A stretch of DNA of 50,278 nucleotides. It comes from a virus (lineage: Duplodnaviria > Heunggongvirae > Uroviricota > Caudoviricetes). Position 1 is the stretch's first letter. Each line of letters starts with the position of its first letter. The stretch is from the IMG/VR virus record IMGVR_UViG_2595698871_000001, positions 173,443-223,720 of that record; one strand, 5' to 3'. Under the pieces are notes generated by a model that made no database searches, was not told where the DNA came from, and saw only the letters and a program-made list of their open reading frames with translations. The position numbers and the translations under genes were made by a program. This document shows, piece by piece, positions 26,938-34,544 of the stretch.

Positions 26938-27260
26938 CCCCCAAGACCTTCATCGATAAGCTGCGCGTGGGCGCCCAGAAGGCGCTCGCCCGCTCCAAGG
27001 CCTGGACGCCCGAGGAGAACATCATTCTCCAGACCCTGGTCTGGGCGCCGGCCAACATCCAGAAGCGCTCGGACCTCTACGTAGCCGGCGTCATGCGGGG
27101 CATGCTGGCCCTGATCTCGACCATGAGTGGCAAGGTCTCCGAGGAGATCAAGACGCTGCTCTGGATGGCCGGCGAGGCGACCGAGATCGACGCGCCCGTC
27201 CCGGACGATCAGGTCCAGGCGGCCTTGACCGCGCTCGACGCCCTGCACGCAAGGGGCTGA
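26934..27260 (+). CDS. hypothetical protein
   Basis: ATGA overlap. Confidence 0.7.
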   Translation: MTPKTFIDKLRVGAQKALARSKAWTPEENIILQTLVWAPANIQKRSDLYVAGVMRGMLALISTMSGKVSEEIKTLLWMAGEATEIDAPVPDDQVQAALTALDALHARG

Positions 27261-27261
27261 C

Positions 27262-27675
27262 ATGCTGTCGCGTTCGGCGCGCCACGCGCAGATGACCGGC
27301 AAGACCGACACGCCCGACCTGATTGCGCGAGGCTACTGGCACAAGGGCCAGTGGGTGCGCAACACCATGGCCAGCCGGCTCAAGGCCTATATCGACCGCG
27401 TGCCCGACGTGCGGTTCTTCGAGGACGAGAAGGGCTACTATCCGGGTATCATGCTCGACCTGGGCGGCGATCGCTGGAGCATCACGCCGATCACCGGGCG
27501 GTTCAAGCGGGACGGCGAGGAAATCCCCGCCCCGCCGTTCTCCGACGTCTCGGCCCGGCAGTTCAGCCTCGCCCTGATGCGCAAGCTGGAGAAGGAGGGC
27601 GCGCTGGTCGCCGCCGTGCTCGACGTGCGCTATGACGGCAAGACGACTGTAGCGCGCTTTGATCCCGTGACCTGA
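27262..27675 (+). CDS. paralogue array, family A
   Basis: FSLALMRKLEKEGALVAAVLD. Confidence 0.65.
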   Translation: MLSRSARHAQMTGKTDTPDLIARGYWHKGQWVRNTMASRLKAYIDRVPDVRFFEDEKGYYPGIMLDLGGDRWSITPITGRFKRDGEEIPAPPFSDVSARQFSLALMRKLEKEGALVAAVLDVRYDGKTTVARFDPVT

Positions 27676-27959
27676 TGCCCAAGCTCTGGAACAAGCCCGT
27701 CCCGCTGAAGGCCCAGCCGATCCCCTACCAGATCGAGCGCTATCTGCTCAACCACCGCGACGTGCGGCTGGTGCGCGGACGCGACGGCTGGTTCCGACTC
27801 CAGGGCCGCACGGGGGTCAACCACTTCCGCAGCGTGCCAGGGTCGGGGCGCTACTCGGCGCGCACCGCCATGCTCTGCGTCGACAGCCTGTGTACGGTCG
27901 AGTCGTTCGACGAGTGCAATCGGCCCGACGTGATCGGCCTGCATCGGGACGTCATCTGA
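27675..27959 (+). CDS. paralogue array, family A
   Basis: YSARTAMLCVDSLCTVESFDECNRP. Confidence 0.65.
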   Translation: MPKLWNKPVPLKAQPIPYQIERYLLNHRDVRLVRGRDGWFRLQGRTGVNHFRSVPGSGRYSARTAMLCVDSLCTVESFDECNRPDVIGLHRDVI

Positions 27960-28324
27960 TGTGGTGCGATCCCAAGGTCCGCGCCCGGCGCCTGATGCTG
28001 CCGCGCAACGACGGCAAGGTGCGCTTCAACGGCACCGACTTCCCGTCGCTGATCTGCGCGGCGACGGCCTCGGTCCTGCTCGACAAGATGTGGAAGAGCT
28101 TTGACCAGCACCCGATCCTGCTGCGGCGGTCCGACGGCGATTTCGACCTCGACTGCGATCCCATCGGCCTGGAGGAGGACCGGCTGACGTTCGAGGCCGA
28201 CATCGTGATCTCCCGGCGCATCGCCATGAACTTGGTCGAACTGGGCTACCTACTCGTCGTGACGAGCACCGAGCGCGGCGCGCCCCAGCGCCTGGAAGTG
28301 GCCGACGTGCCGAGGCGGACCTGA
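27959..28324 (+). CDS. paralogue array, family A
   Basis: ISRRIAMNLVELGYLLVVTSTERGAP. Confidence 0.65.
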   Translation: MWCDPKVRARRLMLPRNDGKVRFNGTDFPSLICAATASVLLDKMWKSFDQHPILLRRSDGDFDLDCDPIGLEEDRLTFEADIVISRRIAMNLVELGYLLVVTSTERGAPQRLEVADVPRRT

Positions 28325-28605
28325 TGGCGAGGTCCCGTGTACGCGTCAGGATCACCCAGCTTCGCTACCTGGAGGTGCGTGCGAAACTCCAGCGCGGGCC
28401 GTGGAAGCATCTGATCCGCGCCTATCGCGGCTGGCGCTGCTACAATCCCGCCACCGGCACGACCGATATGGCCGAGCGCTACAGCGACGACACGGTGCGG
28501 CGCATGGTCGCAAGCGGGACGCTGGACGTCCACGAGTTCGACGAGGACGGCGTGGTCCAGGTCTATCGCCTGGGCAAGGCCTTCGACGGCTGGAGGTCGT
28601 CATGA
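28324..28605 (+). CDS. paralogue array, family A
   Basis: YSDDTVRRMVASGTLDVHEFDEDGVV. Confidence 0.7.
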   Translation: MARSRVRVRITQLRYLEVRAKLQRGPWKHLIRAYRGWRCYNPATGTTDMAERYSDDTVRRMVASGTLDVHEFDEDGVVQVYRLGKAFDGWRSS

Positions 28606-28955
28606 AGTACAAGTGGATGGCCAACCCCTACTACGCCCAGATAGGGTTCTCGCCCCATCAGGCGCGCTACTGGGACGTCGAGAAAGCCATGGTCCTCAAC
28701 CTGTGGGACGACATCGGCCGCGTCGGCGGGCTCGAAGACCCCAGCCACTGGAAGCTTGTCTGGAGGCCCTTGCAAGTGGGCCGCGAAGGGCGATATGTCC
28801 TGGTCACCGCCCAGGCTGGAATCGCCTACCCCATGGCGTACCCAAAGGGCTATCGCGGCGCGATCGTGGAGATCGCCGCCGATGAGGACTGCCGGCTGCG
28901 GCCGACGGTGCGGGACGAGACCGGGCGGATTCTGGAGTATCGGGGCGTCCAGTGA
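28602..28955 (+). CDS. paralogue array, divergent family A
   Basis: FSPHQARYWDVEKAMVLNLWDDIGRV. Confidence 0.6.
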   Translation: MKYKWMANPYYAQIGFSPHQARYWDVEKAMVLNLWDDIGRVGGLEDPSHWKLVWRPLQVGREGRYVLVTAQAGIAYPMAYPKGYRGAIVEIAADEDCRLRPTVRDETGRILEYRGVQ

Positions 28956-29575
28956 AGAGCGATTGGCGCGAGACCTTGGCGGCGGCGTTCGACCGGCCCC
29001 TCCCCGTGGAGGAGCCGGTGGCGGACCCCTATGCCTTCGATCCCAACGCGCCGCCGCTGATCCTCGACCTCACCCCGGACGAGAAGCTGTCGCTGACCGA
29101 GTACCGCTGGGCGGCGCTGGACGCGTCGGGCGCGGTCATGGGCGAATTCTGGGCGATCTCCCAGGCGGCCGAGGCGCTCGCCACCTTCCTCTACCCAGGC
29201 TTGGCCAGCTACGCGCGCGGCGGGCACACCGGCCGGCTCAAGGCCAACCGCCTGCGCCGGCTGAGCGAGGCCCAGAACTGGCGCTGCTGCTACTGCCATG
29301 GGCAGATGCGCATGCCCCACGACTGCGACGGCCCCAACGAGCCGGACATGGCGACGCTGGAGCACGTCACCCGCGTCACCGATGGCGGTGGTAGCACCTG
29401 GGACAACCTGATCGCCGCCTGCCAGACCTGCAACTCCCATCGCGGGAGCGTCATGCCCCTGAAGTGGTGGAAGCTGCGCCAGAAGCTCCTCCCCGATTGG
29501 CCGGCCTGCTCGCCGATCACCGACGCGGCCCGCTACGCCCTGCGCGGCTATGGGCTCTTGCGGCGCGGGTGGTGA
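28952..29575 (+). CDS. HNH endonuclease
   Basis: CCYC...ATLEHV...GG...NLIAACQTCNSHRG (CxxC-H-N-CxxCN). Confidence 0.88.
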   Translation: MKSDWRETLAAAFDRPLPVEEPVADPYAFDPNAPPLILDLTPDEKLSLTEYRWAALDASGAVMGEFWAISQAAEALATFLYPGLASYARGGHTGRLKANRLRRLSEAQNWRCCYCHGQMRMPHDCDGPNEPDMATLEHVTRVTDGGGSTWDNLIAACQTCNSHRGSVMPLKWWKLRQKLLPDWPACSPITDAARYALRGYGLLRRGW

Positions 29576-29621
29576 CAACCGTTTTTGGTTGTAAAGTGAG
29601 TTCACAACCTTTTTCGGTTGT
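29575..29621. promoter_or_regulatory. tandem palindromic operators ACAACC-N6-GGTTGT
   Basis: Copies at 29575-29592 and 29604-29621. Confidence 0.65.
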
Positions 29622-29694
29622 AGCGCGACTGTGTTGACGAGGTAACGAAAGCGGACTAAATGTAGGGCCTCGACGACAACGAAGGAGACCCCGC
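29620..29694 (+). promoter_or_regulatory. sigma70-type promoter, degenerate class B
   Basis: GTAGC-N6-GTGTTG; TTGACG 29634-29639, 17 bp, TAAATG; CGACGACAAC 29671-29680; GGAG. Confidence 0.7.
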
Positions 29695-29883
29695 ATGCCT
29701 AAGACCTGCGTCAAGATGGGCGATCTTGGCCTCGGCTGGTACGCCAGCAGCTACAGCGACGACTCGATGACCGTGCGCAATCCCGAGAAGGGCCTGCGCA
29801 TCGACCTGGAGTCCGAGAGCGTCGAGCGCCTGCGCCAGTTCTTCGCCCAGGCCAAGGCCGAAGCCGCCGGGCGCGCCGCATGA
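29695..29883 (+). CDS. hypothetical protein
   Basis: ATG after leader and SD. Confidence 0.7.
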   Translation: MPKTCVKMGDLGLGWYASSYSDDSMTVRNPEKGLRIDLESESVERLRQFFAQAKAEAAGRAA

Positions 29884-30089
29884 CGGCGATCGGCGCGGTC
29901 TTCACCTACTTCATGTTCTTCTGCTTCCTGCTGGTCCTGGCCTGCCTGATCGAGCGCGACGGCGACTACACGCCGCCCGACAAGGCCGAGAAGCTGTCGC
30001 TGCCGGTGATCGTCCTGCTGGCGATCGTCGCGGGCGCCGCCACCATGGGGCTGGCCTGGGCGATCCGCTATCATCGGGGCTTTTGGTGA
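29880..30089 (+). CDS. two-helix membrane protein
   Basis: Two hydrophobic segments. Confidence 0.65.
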   Translation: MTAIGAVFTYFMFFCFLLVLACLIERDGDYTPPDKAEKLSLPVIVLLAIVAGAATMGLAWAIRYHRGFW

Positions 30090-30550
30090 CCTCGCACGTC
30101 TCGCTCAAGAAGGTGACCACCGGCTTTGGCCTGACGCCCTCGGCGATCCCCGGTGTGACGATCGTCCTGCCGACGATTTCGCAGGTCATCCACCCGCGCA
30201 TCCAGGCCCGCATCGACAAGCTGACCCTCCAGTACAAGCAGGCCAAGGACCGCGCCCGCCGGCGCCAGAGCTTCAAGCTCCAGGCCCTGCTTGACGAGAC
30301 GCTGCCGGGCAAGGTGGTCTTCCACCGCACCGCCGGGGGTTTCTACAAGGCCGACTTCACCGGCACGGTGGAAGAATTTCAGGCCATGAGCCGGCTGCTG
30401 CTGCATCCGCTCTTCCTCCACGCCTGGGGCATCCGCTCGCTCAAGCCGCTGATCGCCGACGGCGCCCTGGTGGTCGAGGCGATGGACGAATACTGCCGGC
30501 CGTTGACCGTGCGCTTCGTCGACAACATCTGGACCTATGATGACGCGTAA
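30083..30550 (+). CDS. paralogue array, family A
   Basis: WGIRSLKPLIADGALVVEAMDEYCRP. Confidence 0.65.
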   Translation: MVTSHVSLKKVTTGFGLTPSAIPGVTIVLPTISQVIHPRIQARIDKLTLQYKQAKDRARRRQSFKLQALLDETLPGKVVFHRTAGGFYKADFTGTVEEFQAMSRLLLHPLFLHAWGIRSLKPLIADGALVVEAMDEYCRPLTVRFVDNIWTYDDA

Positions 30551-30920
30551 GCGCAAGTTGACGGTGATCAAGAAGGGCCGGCGCCTCACCGAAGTGGAGA
30601 GCGGGGTCACGGTCACCGAGGCCGAGGCCACGGTGATCGGCCTGCTCGCGCGCGGCACGCGCCTGAAGTTCGTCGACCTGGGCGACGACGGCTATTATCG
30701 GGTCCACTCGCTCTGCACGGCCGATCTCCAGAAGATGATGCAGGGCGAGCGATCCGGTGCCCGTGTCTACTGCTACACCACGCGCTTTGCCCGGCCCACG
30801 ATCGACAGCCTCGTCGCCACCGGCTGGCTGGCGCCGGTGCTCTCCGACGAGAACGGCCGGCCGCAGATGCTGGTCGCGCCGGGGCTGGCCGGCGCGTTTC
30901 TCCAGGAGATGTTCGCTTGA
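30537..30920 (+). CDS. paralogue array, family A
   Basis: FARPTIDSLVATGWLAPVLSDENGRP. Confidence 0.7.
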   Translation: MMTRKRKLTVIKKGRRLTEVESGVTVTEAEATVIGLLARGTRLKFVDLGDDGYYRVHSLCTADLQKMMQGERSGARVYCYTTRFARPTIDSLVATGWLAPVLSDENGRPQMLVAPGLAGAFLQEMFA

Positions 30921-31231
30921 AGCGACTCCAGCCTCACGTCCGTCTCGTCCTGCTGGTCCAGAAGATGGGCTACGCCACCACCGAGCCGCTGCTGCGTCGC
31001 GAGGCGCGCGGCTGGATCGTCACCTCGGCCGCCCGCGTGGTCGGGCGCTTCCGGGCCTATGACGCCGAGCCGGGCCTGACGTTTAACCCGCTGGAAGCCA
31101 CGGGCTTTGCGTTCTCCACGATCGAGCAGGCGATCCGGTACGAGCGGCTGAAGATCGAGCCCAGCGCCTGGAACCAGCACAAGCGGCCGATCGAGTACCG
31201 CATCACCGACTACTTTGGGTCCGGCCGATGA
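30917..31231 (+). CDS. paralogue array, family B
   Basis: FSTIEQAIR...WNQHKRPIEYRI. Confidence 0.65.
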   Translation: MKRLQPHVRLVLLVQKMGYATTEPLLRREARGWIVTSAARVVGRFRAYDAEPGLTFNPLEATGFAFSTIEQAIRYERLKIEPSAWNQHKRPIEYRITDYFGSGR

Positions 31232-31560
31232 GCAGCGCCATCCACAAGCTTCGCTCCCTGTTCGACCTGATCCAGAAGAGCTACCCGACGGCCGAGATCA
31301 GGCTGGAGCATCAGGGCGGCGACGCCTACCGCGTGAAGATCGTCGAGTATGACGGCGCCGCGCGCGTCGGCTTCTACAGCGACCGCCTCGGCCAAGCCTT
31401 CACCCGCGAACTCGTCACGCCCGGCTTGCAGCGCCAGGGCGCGCGCTATCGCATCGGCACGGTGCGCGAGGCGCTCAAGCGCTGGCCCACCGCCGTGCTC
31501 ACGCCGACGGCCTGGAACGAGTCGCTCAAGCCCATCGACTACCGGCTGCTGCTCGCATGA
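31228..31560 (+). CDS. paralogue array, family B
   Basis: IGTVREALK...WNESLKPIDYRL. Confidence 0.65.
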   Translation: MSSAIHKLRSLFDLIQKSYPTAEIRLEHQGGDAYRVKIVEYDGAARVGFYSDRLGQAFTRELVTPGLQRQGARYRIGTVREALKRWPTAVLTPTAWNESLKPIDYRLLLA

Positions 31561-31889
31561 GATCGGCCGGCGCCCAGTTCCTCGACGTGATCAACGCGAT
31601 CGGGCTCTACCCGTCTGAGACGGCCAAGCTGCTCCACGTCGAGGGCGACCGCTTCGTCCTGGAGGTCCCGCGCCGCGAGCGCTGGACGATCGGGGGCGAC
31701 TACGGCTATGTCGCCCTGAACCCGCAGGGGCGTGTCGTGTACGCGGCACACCCTGCGCTGGCCAAGCCCTGGCGCCGGCGCACGTTCGAAGAGGCGGTGC
31801 GCACCTCGCCCGGCTGGCTGGCCCTGGAGGTCACCGCGCGCGATCAGAACCTCACCCCGGTCGGCTACACGTTGAGGGCGGTGCGATGA
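31557..31889 (+). CDS. paralogue array, family B
   Basis: RRTFEEAVR...RDQNLTPVGYTL. Confidence 0.65.
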   Translation: MRSAGAQFLDVINAIGLYPSETAKLLHVEGDRFVLEVPRRERWTIGGDYGYVALNPQGRVVYAAHPALAKPWRRRTFEEAVRTSPGWLALEVTARDQNLTPVGYTLRAVR

Positions 31890-32299
31890 AGCGCAAGATC
31901 AAGGTCCCCAGGTACACCCAATTCGAGCGCGCCTATCGGGCGCTCCTGATCCTGTCCCAGGACTATGCCGACCAGCCCTGTGACGGGTTCCCCGGCCGCG
32001 TCACGCTGGAGCGCCGCGAGTTCGGGCGCTGGGTGTTCCTTTGGGACAACCTGCCGATGTGGGTCAACAACGACGCGGGCATGGTGCTGGTCGCGCGCGC
32101 CGAATTCGGCAAGCCGATCGCCCACTTCACCACCAAGACCGTGCGGACCATGATCCTGGCCTCGCGCGGTACGGTGCGCGCCTACGACGGCGACGCCTAT
32201 TCCACGCGCCAGCCGCTGGGGCTGCTGCTGCCCGAGGCCTGGGACCAACAGGCGCGCGTGATCTGCTATCGGGTCTTGCCCCTCTCGGTGACTCTCTAG
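31886..32299 (+). CDS. hypothetical protein, possible family A member
   Basis: FTTKTVRTMI partial match. Confidence 0.6.
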   Translation: MKRKIKVPRYTQFERAYRALLILSQDYADQPCDGFPGRVTLERREFGRWVFLWDNLPMWVNNDAGMVLVARAEFGKPIAHFTTKTVRTMILASRGTVRAYDGDAYSTRQPLGLLLPEAWDQQARVICYRVLPLSVTL

Positions 32300-32311
32300 T
32301 AAGGCTTCATT

Positions 32312-32665
32312 ATGAGCCTGAAAACCCTCCGCCCCGATCCTGAAGAGCGCGCCGCGCTCACCGAATTCTTCCGCACCACGCGCCTGTCGTGGATCATCCT
32401 GCCTGCCTCGGCCAAGCACTTCGTGGTGCGCCGCCTGGGCAAGGACGACGACATCAAGCGGTTCCTGAAGTTCATCGGCCACAAGGTGGTCGAGACTGGC
32501 GAGGGCCGGCCGACGTGGTTCCACATCGAAGACCTGGGCGACGCGCTGATGACGAACGCCGCGCGCGGCGACCTGACCGACCGCATCGGCGCCAACGGCT
32601 GGGGCTACGCAATCTTCGCGCCCGTGCCGCACGATGACGCGATTGACGACCGTCGTGACGCTTGA
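32312..32665 (+). CDS. hypothetical protein
   Basis: GC3-biased ORF. Confidence 0.65.
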   Translation: MSLKTLRPDPEERAALTEFFRTTRLSWIILPASAKHFVVRRLGKDDDIKRFLKFIGHKVVETGEGRPTWFHIEDLGDALMTNAARGDLTDRIGANGWGYAIFAPVPHDDAIDDRRDA

Positions 32666-32846
32666 CATCCGCAGGGCGGTCTATTAACCCTCTTCCCCGA
32701 CATTAACAGTATGCGAGAAATTGAGGTCTAGGGCGCCGCTTACCCGGCTCCCCGCCTGCGCAGCCCCCAGACCCTGGAAGGGTGTCGCCCGGAGGCGCCG
32801 TAGGCGAACGCCGAAAATTTTTCGATACAAGAGGGGAAATATACCA

Positions 32847-33965
32847 ATGCCCAAGGGTCCCGTGCTCGACAAGTTCGTCAAGGGCAAGCGCTACAGCCAG
32901 CGGGAGTTCCTGCGCCTCGTCCTGGACACCGTCACGGCCATCACCGCCCTGCCGACCTACGAGCGGGGATGCCGCGCCCGCGACGTCGCCGAGCGCTTTG
33001 GTGATCCGGCCTGGGGCGAGCGCGATAATCTCCAGATCATCGCCGTCACCCTCAACAACCTGAAGAACCGCAACTACGTCCGCTCCCCCGAGCGCGGCCT
33101 GTTCCTGGTCAACGAGGGCAAGGCCAGCCTGGGCCTGGACGTGCAGGAGCAGATCGAGATCGCCGTCGCCGACGTGCTCACCGCGCAGGGCGGCTACGGC
33201 CGGCGCAAGGTGATCGACGTCGCCATGGGGGCCGAGCGGTGGTCCAAGGAGCAGGTGACGATCAACCGCGTCATCAACCAGAACGACCGCATCCGCCGCG
33301 ACTACAAGGGCATGGCCTACGCGCTCTACAACCTCGCGCCCGAGGAACTCGCCCTGCTGCCCCAGCAGGGTCGGTGGCTGCATCTCCAGTCGGCCGCCGG
33401 CCTGCGGATGATCACCGGCAAGCCCACCCACGACATCTACAATCTGATCGAGAAGGCCGCCCGCCAGCAGTACCGCAACATCGGGGCGATCTTCCGGCTG
33501 GTGCTCGACCACATCGACGAGGAGTTCGTCGACGGCCTGGAGAACGACGACGACCTGCACGACGCCATGAAGGCCTACACGCGCGCCTTCTCCGACATCG
33601 ACTCGGCCGCGAAGCGGCTTATCGAGGAGCGCTACGGCCCGGCCGGCGACAAGTTCACCGCCCTCCAGCAGAAGGGCTGGTCGCTCGACGAGATCGACAC
33701 CGCCCGGCGCGACGCCCTGCTCGACTACGATCGCGACGCCCCGCTGCGGCTGATCGACCTCTTCTGTGAGGGGGACGCCCATGCGCACGAGCGCGCGCCG
33801 ATCGCCTTCTATGAGGCCTTCGCCAAATGGGCCGGGCTGGACGCGCCGGCGCTCAGCCGGGGCATCATCATGGCCGACCTGTCGCGGATCAAGCGGATGA
33901 GCAAGCTGGACGCCCTCGAAGACGGGCCGCTGCCTGGGTATGAGGACGCCGCGCCGGCCGAGTAG
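32847..33965 (+). CDS. putative DNA-binding protein with tandem winged-helix-like N-terminal domains (candidate initiator/regulator)
   Basis: GAGGGG SD then ATG 32847; RARDVAERF...AVTLNNLKNRNYVRSPERGLFLV; second helical repeat ADVLTAQGG...TINRVI. Confidence 0.6.
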   Translation: MPKGPVLDKFVKGKRYSQREFLRLVLDTVTAITALPTYERGCRARDVAERFGDPAWGERDNLQIIAVTLNNLKNRNYVRSPERGLFLVNEGKASLGLDVQEQIEIAVADVLTAQGGYGRRKVIDVAMGAERWSKEQVTINRVINQNDRIRRDYKGMAYALYNLAPEELALLPQQGRWLHLQSAAGLRMITGKPTHDIYNLIEKAARQQYRNIGAIFRLVLDHIDEEFVDGLENDDDLHDAMKAYTRAFSDIDSAAKRLIEERYGPAGDKFTALQQKGWSLDEIDTARRDALLDYDRDAPLRLIDLFCEGDAHAHERAPIAFYEAFAKWAGLDAPALSRGIIMADLSRIKRMSKLDALEDGPLPGYEDAAPAE

Positions 33966-33983
33966 GGCTGGCCGGCCCCTACT
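33961..33983 (+). terminator. hairpin at end of 32847-33965
   Basis: AGTAGGG / CCCTACT stem; no clear U-tract. Confidence 0.4.
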
Positions 33984-33984
33984 C

Positions 33985-34225
33985 ACTATAGGTCAAATGT
34001 GTACCCATATGTGTAAGCATGTTAATATACCTGTATGGGCATGCCACCCCTCCTATACTTCTCCCTAGTCATTTGTGTATAACTATATAATACACTCTTA
34101 TTATAACACACCATCTACTCACATTAATAACCAACTTTTAGATATATAGATACTTCTCCTTAGATGGGGGGTATAGAGAGGAGAAAATGAGCAGGATTGA
34201 GGGCTAGAAGTTTAATAGTCCTACT
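33985..34225. other. AT-rich non-coding island (candidate DNA-unwinding element)
   Basis: Visibly A/T-rich, ORF-free; ATACTTCTCCYTAG repeated at 34055 and 34150. Confidence 0.7.
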
Positions 34226-34262
34226 TTCTGCCGCCGGCAGGATCGAAACCAGCCGCGTCGGT

Positions 34263-34358
34263 CCTACCCGGCACTACCTGCCGGCCATACCCGACCGAAA
34301 TCATCGCCCTACCTGACCGATCCCCGTCGCCAGCCATACCCGACCGATCCCCGTCGCC
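34263..34358 (+). repeat. iteron-like direct repeats
   Basis: GCCATACCCGACCGA at 34284 and 34333; GACCGATCCCCGTCGCC at 34315 and 34342; five TACCYG cores. Confidence 0.7.
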
Positions 34359-34456
34359 GGCCGAAACCACCGCCCAACCCGGTAGCCGATAGCTGGTGAC
34401 GCGCGTTCAGGTCCCGGAGGGAGAGCGCAGCGTTTCCAGGCCGCGTCGGCGGGGAG

Positions 34457-34485
34457 TTGACAGTCGTGGTTAACGACGCTAGATG
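34457..34485 (+). promoter_or_regulatory. sigma70-type promoter for the packaging operon
   Basis: TTGACA 34457-34462, 17 bp containing GTTAAC, TAGATG; lacks the class A/B operator and leader. Confidence 0.55.
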
Positions 34486-34544
34486 TCGTGAATCTTGACA
34501 TGCGGTGGTCTGCATGAGAGACATGGTTAACGAGATGGACCCAC

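Noticed and set aside
32721-32846. N-terminal extension of the 414-aa ORF from TTG 32721
   Set aside because: The SD GAGGGG precedes ATG 32847 and the upstream part lacks coding bias
33981-33992. ACTCACTATAGG matches the 3' part of the T7 promoter
   Set aside because: The upstream TAATACG specificity region is absent, the first bases belong to a hairpin arm, and no single-subunit RNA polymerase is in the window; treated as coincidence in AT-rich DNA
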